Positions 16,092-26,055 of a stretch of DNA of 64,000 nucleotides are shown one piece after another. This DNA is from an uncultured virus (IMG/VR IMGVR_UViG_3300037137_000232) (taxonomy: Duplodnaviria; Heunggongvirae; Uroviricota; Caudoviricetes). The notes beneath the pieces were generated by a model. That model did not search any database. It saw nothing but the letters and a program-made list of their open reading frames with translations, and was not told the origin of the DNA. Location: IMG/VR virus record IMGVR_UViG_3300037137_000232, one strand, 5' to 3'. Every line of letters starts with the position of its first letter. Within the stretch, counting starts at the first letter, position 1. The translations under genes and the position numbers were made by a program.

Positions 16092-16349
16092 ATGATGTTC
16101 GTTTACGTGGAAAACCTGAAGAATCCGACCGTGCGATTCGAGGTACTTTCATACGACAAGGAGACGAAGGTCGCCAAGTTGTTGGGGGAGTACGGCACGG
16201 AGTTCTCGCGCGAGTTGTCGAAAGAGTCGATGGCGAAGTTCGGCTATCGCATCGTCAAATCTGAGACTGAGCTTCCGCTTAAATCATCGCCAACGACGCC
16301 GCCACCGACCAAGAAGGACAAACAAGTAGTTGTCGAGGAAGAGGAGTAG
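16092..16349 (+). CDS. hypothetical protein (paralog A)
   Basis: EVLSYDKETKV motif. Confidence 0.7.
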   Translation: MMFVYVENLKNPTVRFEVLSYDKETKVAKLLGEYGTEFSRELSKESMAKFGYRIVKSETELPLKSSPTTPPPTKKDKQVVVEEEE

Positions 16350-16350
16350 G

Positions 16351-16548
16351 ATGCGTGTGTTCCTGCTTTGCAACCTAAGTGGGAAGTGGGAGATTCATGC
16401 GGAGGTTCTGTCGTACGACCGTACCACAAACGTAATGCGGGTGAGGCTGAAGTGCGGGATCGAACATGACAGGATTTTTCTCCCGCACTCGAAGTACAAC
16501 CGATCAGACTTCAAGATCGAAACCTTAGAGGATGATGACAATGCCTAG
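16351..16548 (+). CDS. hypothetical protein (paralog B)
   Basis: GAGGAG RBS; EVLSYDRTTNV motif. Confidence 0.65.
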   Translation: MRVFLLCNLSGKWEIHAEVLSYDRTTNVMRVRLKCGIEHDRIFLPHSKYNRSDFKIETLEDDDNA

Positions 16549-16849
16549 CGCACCCGGATACATCCGCAACATCAAGCAGGAAGAAAAAACAGCGAAGGCG
16601 CGTGGAGAGATCGGCGGTCACAACGCACCACACGCCGAACGCATGCGTGCGCGTCGTCTTGCTGTGAAGAAGGGACTCGTCAAGCCGAACGATGGCAAGG
16701 ACGTGGATCACACTCAACCACTGTCGAAAGGTGGTGCACCTACGTCATTGTCAAATCTGCGGGTGGAGTCGGAGCATGCCAACCGAAGCTTCCCACGTAA
16801 CCCGAGTGGTTCAATGATTGCGAACCATGCAAAAACCAAGAAAGGATAA
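16541..16849 (+). CDS. HNH endonuclease-like protein
   Basis: DVDHTQPLSKGG...NLRV...NRS. Confidence 0.8.
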   Translation: MPSAPGYIRNIKQEEKTAKARGEIGGHNAPHAERMRARRLAVKKGLVKPNDGKDVDHTQPLSKGGAPTSLSNLRVESEHANRSFPRNPSGSMIANHAKTKKG

Positions 16850-16851
16850 TC

Positions 16852-17097
16852 ATGCACATCGAAGTGTTTGCGCAACAGAGCAACCGAAGCTATGACGCAC
16901 CGGACTGGTACTGGCACTTTCGCAGCAAAGGTCGCATTACGGCCGACAGCGAAGGCTTCCCTACCAAAGCGCACGCGATGCGCGCAGCAAAAGGATTGGT
17001 ACGCGCAGTGACAAAAAACATGAGCGGCTTCATGCTGCCACGTTTCACGACGCAACCAATGGATCGTAAGGGCGTCGTTAAGATCACATGGCGCTGA
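16852..17097 (+). CDS. YegP/DUF1508-like protein
   Basis: WYWHFRSKGRITADSEGFPTKAHA. Confidence 0.7.
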   Translation: MHIEVFAQQSNRSYDAPDWYWHFRSKGRITADSEGFPTKAHAMRAAKGLVRAVTKNMSGFMLPRFTTQPMDRKGVVKITWR

Positions 17098-17098
17098 C

Positions 17099-17293
17099 AT
17101 GAACGGCGACATGTGTTTCAAGTGTGTGCACTTCGTCGATCTCAGCGAAGGTGACACCTCGCCCGGCATCTGCCGCCGCTTCCCACCCATCGTCGTACCG
17201 AAAGGTCCGGAGCAGTTCTTCACCACATTCCCCCGCGTCAACCGCGACATGCTGTGCGGTGAGTACCACGAGAAAGACAGGATCATCCAGTGA
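17099..17293 (+). CDS. Small Cys-rich protein
   Basis: CFKCVHF...CRRFPP...FP...CGEY. Confidence 0.7.
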   Translation: MNGDMCFKCVHFVDLSEGDTSPGICRRFPPIVVPKGPEQFFTTFPRVNRDMLCGEYHEKDRIIQ

Positions 17294-18000
17294 AACCGCT
17301 GCCATGGTCATTCTCAGCACTGTCGGATTTTCTCAACTGTCCGAAGGCGTACTATCGCAAGCGTGTGGCGAAGGATGTACTCGACCCGCCGAACGATGCC
17401 GGGTTGGCAGGCGACTACGTGCACAGGGCGTTCGAGGATTACCTTAACAACCACACACCACTGCCAACAACCTACCCGGATGACATCAAGGATTGGCCAA
17501 GTGGGTTGAAACCACCGGCAGCGTATGAGGACTACCTGAACGCAATTGCAGCACATCCCGGTCAGATGCTCGTCGAGTGCAAGTACGCTATCACCAAGGA
17601 TATGGTGCCCTGCGAGTTCCTTGCTGATGACGTATGGTGTCGCTGCATCATTGACGTACTGTGCATAGACGGGCAGACAGCGCGAGTGATTGACCACAAG
17701 ACCGGCAAGCGCAAGCACGATACCCGGCAGTTGAAACTGTGCGCACTGATGGTGTTCATTCATCATCCCGAAGTGCAGATCGTGCAGACCGGGTACGCGT
17801 GGCTGAAGGACGAAGCAATCGACCGTGAGACGTACGTGCGTGTGAACGAAGCGGAACTGTGGCAGGAGTTTCTGCCCGATCTGCAGCGATACAAGGAAGC
17901 GTACCGTGCCGAGACTTTCGTTCCACGCCCAAGCGGGTTGTGTAATGGATGGTGCCCGGTGACGGATTGTGAGTTCTGGAAACCAAAGAGGAGTCGATGA
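17290..18000 (+). CDS. PD-(D/E)XK Cas4/RecB-like exonuclease
   Basis: WSFSALSDFLNCP, IIDVL, IDHKTGK, QLKL, CxxxCPxxxC at the C-terminus. Confidence 0.88.
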   Translation: MKPLPWSFSALSDFLNCPKAYYRKRVAKDVLDPPNDAGLAGDYVHRAFEDYLNNHTPLPTTYPDDIKDWPSGLKPPAAYEDYLNAIAAHPGQMLVECKYAITKDMVPCEFLADDVWCRCIIDVLCIDGQTARVIDHKTGKRKHDTRQLKLCALMVFIHHPEVQIVQTGYAWLKDEAIDRETYVRVNEAELWQEFLPDLQRYKEAYRAETFVPRPSGLCNGWCPVTDCEFWKPKRSR

Positions 18001-18362
18001 TGGGTGAAGGATTGCCTCAACCGAAAGTAGTAGCAAATCTTACGAACCGTGGCAAGGTAATCGACGCTGCACTAGATGCTGCATCTGGTGTTGTTAACAA
18101 TGCAGTAGATAACGCTAAGACTAACGCAAAACGATTGGACGAAGGTATGCAGTATCAAAGTACACCTGCTGAAGCAGGGAAGCGCGTAGTAGACGCTGTT
18201 AAAGGTGAACTTACCAGCAAGCCGATCACTGCCGATGAAGCTGCAACGAAGTCAGCGAAGTACGCGAAGGGTCGTGCAGACTTCGAGGCTGAGACGAAGA
18301 AGCAGGGATTGGTCAAGCCGAGTCTGCTCGACCGCGCCAAGAAGCTCGTAGGTCTCGACTAA
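17997..18362 (+). CDS. Ala/Lys-rich hypothetical protein
   Basis: GAGGAG RBS; 121 aa. Confidence 0.7.
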   Translation: MMGEGLPQPKVVANLTNRGKVIDAALDAASGVVNNAVDNAKTNAKRLDEGMQYQSTPAEAGKRVVDAVKGELTSKPITADEAATKSAKYAKGRADFEAETKKQGLVKPSLLDRAKKLVGLD

Positions 18363-18426
18363 GCCGGGATTGTAGTTCCCGTGTACACCCGTTCAGGGTG
18401 AACCGCTGCATTGTTAAGGGGGCACT

Positions 18427-18609
18427 ATGGCTGATGTTAGAGTACGCTGGTTTGGCACGCCTGAATTGCAGTTCAACACGAAACCAAATATCGTGAATAC
18501 ATTCAGTATTCGCGTGCCCGCGCACAACAAGAAAGGTTGGCACTACTACGCAGTTCCTCCTGCGGTAGTAATCGTGCTGTGCTCACTGTACAACGAGATG
18601 AAAAAATGA
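18427..18609 (+). CDS. hypothetical protein
   Basis: 60-aa ORF coupled to the next gene. Confidence 0.5.
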   Translation: MADVRVRWFGTPELQFNTKPNIVNTFSIRVPAHNKKGWHYYAVPPAVVIVLCSLYNEMKK

Positions 18610-18956
18610 CACCCGAAGGCAAAGTCAAGGCGAAGGTGAAGAGCATCATTAAGGCGTACAAACCACACGTCTACTCGCACTGGCCAGTGATGAACGGCAT
18701 GGGCGAACCGACACTGGACTGCACCGGCTGCGTTGACGGTCAGGCATTCTACGTTGAGACGAAGAAAGACGGTGCGCGCATGACGCCGCGACAGGCGCGC
18801 ACCATGACGGACATGATGGATGGTGGTGGAGTTGTGTTCACCATCGTCGGTCGTGATGAGATTGTACTGGCTGAGTTCGATGCGTGGTTGCATGGGCATG
18901 TGACGCACCGTATAGCTAAACTTAACTGGTTGAAGAAGGGTAAGCATGCTTCTTGA
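18606..18956 (+). CDS. VRR-NUC nuclease
   Basis: MTPEGKVKAKV, GEPTLD, YVETK, TPRQ. Confidence 0.85.
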   Translation: MTPEGKVKAKVKSIIKAYKPHVYSHWPVMNGMGEPTLDCTGCVDGQAFYVETKKDGARMTPRQARTMTDMMDGGGVVFTIVGRDEIVLAEFDAWLHGHVTHRIAKLNWLKKGKHAS

Positions 18957-20547
18957 TCGTACTCACAATCGGGTGTTTCTCAAGTCCCGTGATCCGGCAC
19001 TACTCCACAAGGTGTTACCCGGCATGGTTGAGGATGTGGATTGGCGTGGCCACAACATCGCCATCGACCACAACATCGACAGCACGAAGGTGCTGCGCAA
19101 TATGGGTATTCACGTCCCGGCCCCCATTCGCTACGACTACGCGTGGCCGGGATTACACAAACCATTTCGCCACCAGATCGTTACCTCAGAATTCCTGACG
19201 ATCACCCGCAAGGGTTTCGTGCTGAGTGAAATGGGCACATCCAAGACAGCGAGTGTGCTGTGGGCAGCCGACTACCTGATGCAGCAGGGGATCATCCAAC
19301 GTGGTTTAATCATTGCGCCACTATCCACACTTGAGCAGGTGTGGCTGACTGAAGTGTTCAAGTTCGTCATGCACCGCACAGCCGTTGTCCTGCATGGCAG
19401 TGCCGAGCGGCGACTCGAACTGTTCGACGCCAAAGCTGATTTCTACATCATCAACTACGAAGGGCTTGAGATCATCAAACCGGCGCTACGCAAGCGCAAA
19501 GACATCGACCTGTACGTGGTTGACGAAGTGGCCAAGTATCGGAACGCAAGCACCGATCTCTACACAACGCTCACGGATGTGCTGCCGGAGAACAACCCGA
19601 ACATGCGCCTGTGGTTGTTGACCGGCACGCCGTGCCCGAATGCACCGAGCGATGCGTGGTCGCTTGCGCGTCTGGTGAACAAGGCGAAGGTTCCCATGTA
19701 CTTCAGTACGTGGAAACGCAAAACGATGTCGCGTATGTCCACACACAAATGGCGGGCGCGCGAAGGCTCGAAGGAAATGGTGTACGAGGTACTGCAACCT
19801 GCGATTAGGTTCGAGAAGAAAAACTGTCTCGATCTGCCGCCAGTCACGTATGAGTCACGTGACTGTGAACTCACACCGGAGCAGAAGAAAGCGTTCTCAT
19901 TGATGCGTCAGCACATGGTGACGTACGCGGGTGAGCACACAATCGACGCGGTTAACGCAGCCGACAAGATCGGCAAGCTACGACAGATTCTGTGCGGTGC
20001 AATCAAGAATCCGGAAGTCGAGGGTGAGTACATCGAGTTGCCGCACGCGCCCCGACTGCGCGTGCTGTTGGAGTGCATTGAACAGGCAAGTGCAAAGGTA
20101 CTAGTGATCGTGCCGTTCAAAGGCATCACACAGTTTCTCCATAAGGAAGTAGCAAAGTACCACACCTGCGAGATCGTGAATGGTGATGTGTCGATTCCAA
20201 AACGTAATGAATTGTTTCGCAAGTTCAAACAGGAGGACGCACCACGTGTCCTCCTGTGTCACCCAAAGGTCATGGCACACGGTCTGACGCTGACTGAGGC
20301 CGACATGCTGATCTTCTACGCACCGATCTATAGCAACGAAGAGAGTCAGCAAGTAATTGAGCGGATCAATCGACCGGGCCAAACTCGTGCTATGACAATA
20401 ATACGAATGGGCGCGAACGCATTGGAGTGGGAAATCTATCGGCAAGTGGAGGGTAAGCGGGTGTCGCAGCAGAACATTCTTGATCTGTACAAGTACGTGT
20501 TGCAATCTCCCGCGCCCGGCAGTAGGATTGGGGGTTCCAAGCCTTGA
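18946..20547 (+). CDS. SNF2-family helicase
   Basis: EMGTSKT, IIAPLS, INYE, VVDEV, LTGTP, HGLTLT, QVIERINRPGQ. Confidence 0.93.
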   Translation: MLLDRTHNRVFLKSRDPALLHKVLPGMVEDVDWRGHNIAIDHNIDSTKVLRNMGIHVPAPIRYDYAWPGLHKPFRHQIVTSEFLTITRKGFVLSEMGTSKTASVLWAADYLMQQGIIQRGLIIAPLSTLEQVWLTEVFKFVMHRTAVVLHGSAERRLELFDAKADFYIINYEGLEIIKPALRKRKDIDLYVVDEVAKYRNASTDLYTTLTDVLPENNPNMRLWLLTGTPCPNAPSDAWSLARLVNKAKVPMYFSTWKRKTMSRMSTHKWRAREGSKEMVYEVLQPAIRFEKKNCLDLPPVTYESRDCELTPEQKKAFSLMRQHMVTYAGEHTIDAVNAADKIGKLRQILCGAIKNPEVEGEYIELPHAPRLRVLLECIEQASAKVLVIVPFKGITQFLHKEVAKYHTCEIVNGDVSIPKRNELFRKFKQEDAPRVLLCHPKVMAHGLTLTEADMLIFYAPIYSNEESQQVIERINRPGQTRAMTIIRMGANALEWEIYRQVEGKRVSQQNILDLYKYVLQSPAPGSRIGGSKP

Positions 20548-20597
20548 CCCTAGAAGCAAGGCGTAGACATTAGATGTTATAAACCTATAAGGTTGAC

Positions 20598-21026
20598 ATG
20601 AGCACACAAGCACCCATCGAGACAGACCGTCTCGTGCGAACCTTTATCAAGATTCGCGCGGCGCGGGGAGCACTGAAGCGTTCGTATGAAGAAGAGGATG
20701 GCGATCTGCAACTGAAGCTCAAGGCAGTGGAGAACGAACTGCTGCGGCGAGCGCAAGAGCAAAACGTCGAAGGCTTCAAGACTGCGGACGGTACCACCTA
20801 CATCTCGGAAGAGCGGCATGCGTCCATTGCCGATGCTGACGAGTTCACTGAGTTCGTGAAGAAAACGGGTGACGTTTACTTCTACGAGCAACGCCCCTCG
20901 CTCGGTCACATCACGGAGTATCAAGCTGCGCACGATGGTGCGTTGCCGCCGGGAGTGAGGATGTTCCGCGAATTTCGCATGCGTGTGCGTGCGTCCAAAA
21001 AGAAGGGGGTACCCGATGACAATTGA
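20598..21026 (+). CDS. Conserved-type phage replication-region protein
   Basis: Coiled-coil N-terminus, GTTY, LPPGV C-terminal motif. Confidence 0.7.
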   Translation: MSTQAPIETDRLVRTFIKIRAARGALKRSYEEEDGDLQLKLKAVENELLRRAQEQNVEGFKTADGTTYISEERHASIADADEFTEFVKKTGDVYFYEQRPSLGHITEYQAAHDGALPPGVRMFREFRMRVRASKKKGVPDDN

Positions 21027-21570
21027 AGTAATGGTCGATCTCGAAACGATGGGAATCGCTCACGACTCACCCATCGTCTCAATCGGCGCAGTTAAGTTCG
21101 ACCCGTATGGCACCATCGGTGAATTAGGCGACTCGACCAACCCGGAGTATGCGCATTTTCACATGGCAGTCGAGTTCCATTCACTAACCGAAGCCGGGTT
21201 TGTGTTCAATGGCAAGACGGTGGAGTGGTGGCTTAAGCAGTCCGATGCTGCGCGTAAGTCGATCCTTGAAAACCCAGTGTCCGTTGCAGCGGCTTTGTCG
21301 GCGTTCTACCTGTGGTTCGGTGACGACTCGTTGCCGACGTGGGGGAACGGCGCGGGCTTCGATAACGTGATCCTGCGCAATGCGTACCTGAGACTCGGCG
21401 GCACCTGCCCGTACAAGTTCCGGCACGACCGCTGCTACCGCACCATCAATTCGTTGTTCCCTGATTTACCGTATTACCCACCCGTTGTTGCGCATAACGC
21501 ACTCAATGACGCGATGGCGCAAGCAGTGCATTTGCAAAAGATGTTTAACCGTCTCAACTTCAAAGGATAA
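21016..21570 (+). CDS. DEDD 3'-5' exonuclease (DUF5051-like)
   Basis: VMVDLETMG, SIGAV, WGNGAGFDNVIL, RCYRT, HNALNDA. Confidence 0.9.
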   Translation: MTIEVMVDLETMGIAHDSPIVSIGAVKFDPYGTIGELGDSTNPEYAHFHMAVEFHSLTEAGFVFNGKTVEWWLKQSDAARKSILENPVSVAAALSAFYLWFGDDSLPTWGNGAGFDNVILRNAYLRLGGTCPYKFRHDRCYRTINSLFPDLPYYPPVVAHNALNDAMAQAVHLQKMFNRLNFKG

Positions 21571-21572
21571 CC

Positions 21573-22691
21573 ATGGCCACCAACCAAGTTGTGTTGTTCA
21601 AGGACGCGCCAGTTCCGGCACACGTCCAGAAGTTTCAATCCGAGCACGAGAACATTCCGGAGAAAATCCAGATCGACCAGTTGTCGTTTCGTGGCAAGGT
21701 CTGGCGGCAGGTGATCGGCGGTGAAGAGAATGCGCTGCTGAACGCCGAGGAGGAGCCGGTCAGCACTGTGCATGTCGTCGTGCTCAACCACAACAAGTCG
21801 CGCTCGCGTGCCTACTACGAAGGTGCGTATGAAGAAGGCAAGTCGCAGCCGCCTGCATGTTGGTCAATGGACGGCGAGACGCCCGACGACTCGGTGAAGG
21901 AGCCGCAGTCACCGACGTGCGCGAAGTGCAAGTGGTCGGTGAAGGGCAGCAAGATCACACCACAGGGCAAGGAAGTCACAGCATGCTCAGTGTTCAAGCG
22001 CATCGCTGTCATCCCGTTGTCCAACCTCGAAAGCAAGCCGATGTTGCTGCGGCTCGCGCAGACTTCGATGTGGGACAAGAACAACGAGGAGAACGAGGCC
22101 AAGGGTTACTACGCATGGGATCAGTATCTCGACATGCTGCGTACGCGCGGTGCACTGCATACGGGTGTTGTGGCAACGAAGATTCGTTTCGACTCGCGTG
22201 TGGCATATCCGAAGCTCGTATTCGCTGCGTCCCGGTGGTTGGCTGACGAGGAGATGGAAATCGTCGCGCCGCTGTTCGAGTCGGAGGGAGTACAGAAGTT
22301 GCTGAATGCGTCGGAGATCGTGGCAGCGGAGCGCAAAACCACAACCCCGAAGGATGAGGAAGCGGTGCCAGTCGTTGCTACCAAGAAGAAAAAAGCTGCA
22401 CCGGAAGTTGCGGCCGAAGCCGAAGAGACTGACGAAGCGCCACCTCCGGTCGCAAAGAAGAAAGCAGCCGCTGCGCCGCCCCCGGTGGATGAGGACGAAG
22501 AAGCGCCGCCGCCCCCGGCCGCAAAAAAGAAGGCAGCCGCTGCTGCACCCCCGGCTGAAGATGAAGAAGAGGAAGCCCCGCCACCTACGGCAAAGAAGAA
22601 GGCGAATGCTGCAGCAGAACCCGCGACAGCTAAGCCGACGAAAGGCAAGGGTAGCGGACTCAACGATCTGGTCAACGAGTGGGACGACTGA
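21573..22691 (+). CDS. Replication-module protein (possible ssDNA-binding/annealing) with low-complexity tail
   Basis: CWS...CAKCKW...C cluster; repetitive charged C-terminus ending in EWDD. Confidence 0.7.
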   Translation: MATNQVVLFKDAPVPAHVQKFQSEHENIPEKIQIDQLSFRGKVWRQVIGGEENALLNAEEEPVSTVHVVVLNHNKSRSRAYYEGAYEEGKSQPPACWSMDGETPDDSVKEPQSPTCAKCKWSVKGSKITPQGKEVTACSVFKRIAVIPLSNLESKPMLLRLAQTSMWDKNNEENEAKGYYAWDQYLDMLRTRGALHTGVVATKIRFDSRVAYPKLVFAASRWLADEEMEIVAPLFESEGVQKLLNASEIVAAERKTTTPKDEEAVPVVATKKKKAAPEVAAEAEETDEAPPPVAKKKAAAAPPPVDEDEEAPPPPAAKKKAAAAAPPAEDEEEEAPPPTAKKKANAAAEPATAKPTKGKGSGLNDLVNEWDD

Positions 22692-22717
22692 TCTCTCCGC
22701 ACGTTTAGTACGTGTTC

Positions 22718-22739
22718 GCAGGGGGCTACGGCCCCCTGC
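22718..22739 (+). other. GC-rich tetraloop hairpin
   Basis: GCAGGGGGC-TACG-GCCCCCTGC followed by CTTT. Confidence 0.6.
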
Positions 22740-22756
22740 CTTTCGGGGAGATTGAA

Positions 22757-25633
22757 GTGCTGCCGAGTGAGTTTCTAAGAACAGTGTTACCCGATGACGG
22801 GTATCTCATCGCGGCTACTCCACTCCCGAAGAAAGGAACGGGGAACAGTCCGTTCAGTCATCGAGTGTGTGACGATTTGCCCGCACTGCAGGTGCAGTGC
22901 AGAGAGTTAGCAGCGAAGAAAAAGGATGTGTACTTCGCGCTCGCATCGTTTATTGAGAAACGAGTGTGGAGTCCTACCAAGATCAACTACCACACAAAAA
23001 AGCAAGGCGACTGGGTGTATCGCACGCAGTCAAATGTGAAGTCGCTGCGCACGCTATTTCTTGACATAGACGCCGGTGCAGAGAAGAGTTACACATCCCA
23101 AGAGGATGTGATTGAAGCACTCAAGGATTTCTGCAAGATTACCGGAATGCCGAAGCCCACGCTTGTCAACAGTGGCTACGGCATCCATGTGTACTGGACG
23201 CTTACCGACGCCGTACCACGCGCGGAGTGGCGAGCGACAGCCGAAAAGCTGAAGAACGCTTGCGTCGTGCTTAACCTGCACGCCGATCACAACATCACAG
23301 CCGATGAGGCGCGCGTGCTACGCGTGCCGGGTACCAAGAACTTCAAGCGCGGCGGCGAGGTGCCAGTAACAGTCCTGACATCCGCCCCGGCGCACGCGCT
23401 CGCGGCGCTCGACGCCCTGCTTGACACCTTCCTTGTTGGTAAGAACGTACCAGTGGCAGCTACGAGGCCCGCTGTGGGGCTTCCGGCGAGGAAGGGACTC
23501 CCCACAGGCGTAACTGGCAACCTTGGCGCGACGAACGACCCGCTCAATGGCAATGCGGTGGTGTTCTCCTGTGCTGCCATGAACGGTCTGGTGGCCAACC
23601 GGGGGGCCACGGCCAAGTACCCTATCTGGCTCACCGGTCTGGCCGTCGCACGCTACTGCGCTGATCCGCAGGCCATGCTGCTCGCCGTCAGCGATGGCCA
23701 TCCGGCGTTCAACAAGGCCGAGGCCGAGGCCAAGATGAACAGCATGACAGGTGGCCCGCCAAAGTGTTCGACATTCTGGACAGAGGACCATGATACGTGC
23801 GAGGCATGCCCGCACTGGCGCGAGATTACCACTGTGGCTGAACTCGGTCGGCCGTGGCGCGAGACTCCACCCCCGCCGGTTGCGGGACGTGTGCTGCCTG
23901 CGCCGCCGGAGCCGTACCAACGCAAGCAACAAGCGGACGGCAGTAACATCATCGTGTTCGTAGAGACCGATGCCGATGAGCGCACAGTTGATGTTCCGGT
24001 GTCTCCTTACGACATTTATCCTAGTCGGATTATGGAGCAGGTGAACGACGACAACGAAGCCGACGAGTGCAGCACGTGGATCGTGCACTTGCCACGCAAG
24101 GGCGAAGTCGAGTTCAAGATGCCGCAGTCGCTGTTGAGCGACACACGCAAGCTGCACGCATTCCTGCTGAGTCGCGGATTGCACATTCACGCCAAGGAAG
24201 CAAAAGGAATTCAGCAATTTATGACTGCCTATCTCAAGTCTTTAGCCAAGGTGGTTGATCGTGAGCGGATGTTCGAGCGACTAGGGTGGCATGATCGGCA
24301 CCAGTCCTTTGTGCTGCCTACCGTGATCTTCCATCGTGACGGCACCAGTACCCCGCACACATCGAGCAAGGTGCTTGAAGCGGTGACGAAGAATGCAATC
24401 CACACGTTTGGGTCGAAAGAGTTGTGGCTCGATGCGTTGAAGTTCTACGCATCGGAAGAGTATGTCGCCTATCGCACCTTCTTCTACTTTGCGTGGGGCG
24501 CACCGCTGCTGCACATGACAGGACACAAGGGCATCCTGATCGCAGCATCCGGCGAAACTGGACGCGGCAAGACGACGCTGCTCGAAGCCTGTGCGTCGAT
24601 CTATGGCAATCCATCCGGATTCCTCGTTGGTGGTGGCAAGTACGGAGCTACCATGAACGCGATGTTCCAGATCATCGGCACCTCGCACTCGATCCCGATG
24701 TTTTGGGATGACACCACTGAACGTGACCCGGACGAGATGCGGGAGTTCATGCTGCATATCTCAACCGGCAAGGGTAAGGAACGGATGCACGGCAACGTGC
24801 ATGACGGCAAGGTGGTGACGTGGGAGACCATCGTCCTGTCGAGTGCCAACACTGATGACGTGCATCGTGTGCTGTCCACTGGCAAAGACAGCAACCCACA
24901 CCTGATGCGGTTCATCTCCGTGCCGTTCGACGAGATTGACCGCAGCATTGAGATGAAGCTGAAGGCCGACGCAATGAAGCGCGTACTGGCCGAGAACTAT
25001 GGGTTCGGTGCCGAGTACCTGCAGTACATTACGGAGCACTACGTCGAACTGCAAGCATTCGTCATCAAGCAGATGGAACGCTTCGACCGGCTGCTCAATG
25101 TCACCAGTGACGAGCGACACTGGTCAGCGGCACTTGCTGTTGCATATGTGGGCGGACTCATCGCATTCAAGCTTGGCTTGTCACCATTCAATCCGAAGCT
25201 TGATGAAGAGTGGATGGTCGGGCACGTTGACCGTATGCGCCTGACGTTCAAGCAAGCCTCATCCGGCCCGGTTGATATCCTGAACGAGTTCCTTGAAAGC
25301 CACGTATCGAACACGCTGATCCTGTCGCCGAAGCAATCATCACATGTGGACAACATCGTGAACCGGCCGCATTCGGTGGACGGGCTGCAGATTCGGCATG
25401 AGGTGGACAGCGGCATGGTGTACATCTCCAAGACCGCGATGAACGCGTACTGCACCAAGGCGAAAGCGAACTTCGGCAGGCTTGAAAATGAATTGACTGC
25501 GTGCGGCGTGATCCGACGTAGGAACTGCTACAAGGTGTTGGGCGCTGACACACCGTATGCTATTGGGCAGACACGGTGTTGGGAAGTGGATCGTGGTGTT
25601 CTCGAAACGCTGAAGGGAGGAGGGAAGAAATGA
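22757..25633 (+). CDS. Primase-helicase (N-terminal primase plus DUF927-like P-loop domain)
   Basis: FLDID, NSGYGIHVYW, RVLRVPGTKN, Cys cluster, LGWH, SGETGRGKTT, WDD; start approximate. Confidence 0.88.
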   Translation: MLPSEFLRTVLPDDGYLIAATPLPKKGTGNSPFSHRVCDDLPALQVQCRELAAKKKDVYFALASFIEKRVWSPTKINYHTKKQGDWVYRTQSNVKSLRTLFLDIDAGAEKSYTSQEDVIEALKDFCKITGMPKPTLVNSGYGIHVYWTLTDAVPRAEWRATAEKLKNACVVLNLHADHNITADEARVLRVPGTKNFKRGGEVPVTVLTSAPAHALAALDALLDTFLVGKNVPVAATRPAVGLPARKGLPTGVTGNLGATNDPLNGNAVVFSCAAMNGLVANRGATAKYPIWLTGLAVARYCADPQAMLLAVSDGHPAFNKAEAEAKMNSMTGGPPKCSTFWTEDHDTCEACPHWREITTVAELGRPWRETPPPPVAGRVLPAPPEPYQRKQQADGSNIIVFVETDADERTVDVPVSPYDIYPSRIMEQVNDDNEADECSTWIVHLPRKGEVEFKMPQSLLSDTRKLHAFLLSRGLHIHAKEAKGIQQFMTAYLKSLAKVVDRERMFERLGWHDRHQSFVLPTVIFHRDGTSTPHTSSKVLEAVTKNAIHTFGSKELWLDALKFYASEEYVAYRTFFYFAWGAPLLHMTGHKGILIAASGETGRGKTTLLEACASIYGNPSGFLVGGGKYGATMNAMFQIIGTSHSIPMFWDDTTERDPDEMREFMLHISTGKGKERMHGNVHDGKVVTWETIVLSSANTDDVHRVLSTGKDSNPHLMRFISVPFDEIDRSIEMKLKADAMKRVLAENYGFGAEYLQYITEHYVELQAFVIKQMERFDRLLNVTSDERHWSAALAVAYVGGLIAFKLGLSPFNPKLDEEWMVGHVDRMRLTFKQASSGPVDILNEFLESHVSNTLILSPKQSSHVDNIVNRPHSVDGLQIRHEVDSGMVYISKTAMNAYCTKAKANFGRLENELTACGVIRRRNCYKVLGADTPYAIGQTRCWEVDRGVLETLKGGGKK

Positions 25634-25779
25634 CCGAGATCGAGAAGTTCCGAAGCAAGGTGAACATCGCGCGTGAGATGCAGAACTACGTCGTGCTCAC
25701 CGCGAATGAAGCGCAGGCGATCCTCGACGAGATCGACGGCGTTCCTCCGGCGGTTGAGCAGCAGATGCGCGTGGCATGA
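25630..25779 (+). CDS. hypothetical protein
   Basis: GGAGG RBS, ATGA coupling. Confidence 0.6.
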   Translation: MTEIEKFRSKVNIAREMQNYVVLTANEAQAILDEIDGVPPAVEQQMRVA

Positions 25780-26009
25780 CACCGTTTCCGTTCGATGTTG
25801 AAACGGCAGTGGCGCTCCTCGGTCACAAGGAGGTGCTCAAGATCGAAGCAGAAGCGTGCGCAGCCGCAGAACACGGACTGCCATTACCGCAGTACAAAGC
25901 ATCGGACGGGCTGACGTACTGGAGCCGCGTGCTGCGTGCGATGCGGCATGTGGTGTACTGCAATGCGCACGACCGGCACTCAATGAAAATAAAAAAGGCC
26001 ACCGGGTAA
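25776..26009 (+). CDS. hypothetical protein
   Basis: ATGA coupling; last + strand gene. Confidence 0.6.
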   Translation: MTPFPFDVETAVALLGHKEVLKIEAEACAAAEHGLPLPQYKASDGLTYWSRVLRAMRHVVYCNAHDRHSMKIKKATG

Positions 26010-26029
26010 GGGGGGCAAACCCGGTGGCC
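25991..26029 (-). terminator. Terminator at the convergence of the two arms
   Basis: GGCCACCGGGT...ACCCGGTGGCC with A6 on the left (U-tract on the minus strand). Confidence 0.75.
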
Positions 26030-26055
26030 AAGAGCACACCAACCACAGTGTACGC

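Noticed and set aside
20544..20590. Promoter upstream of 20598
   Set aside because: TTGACC is present but there is no convincing -10 at the proper spacing
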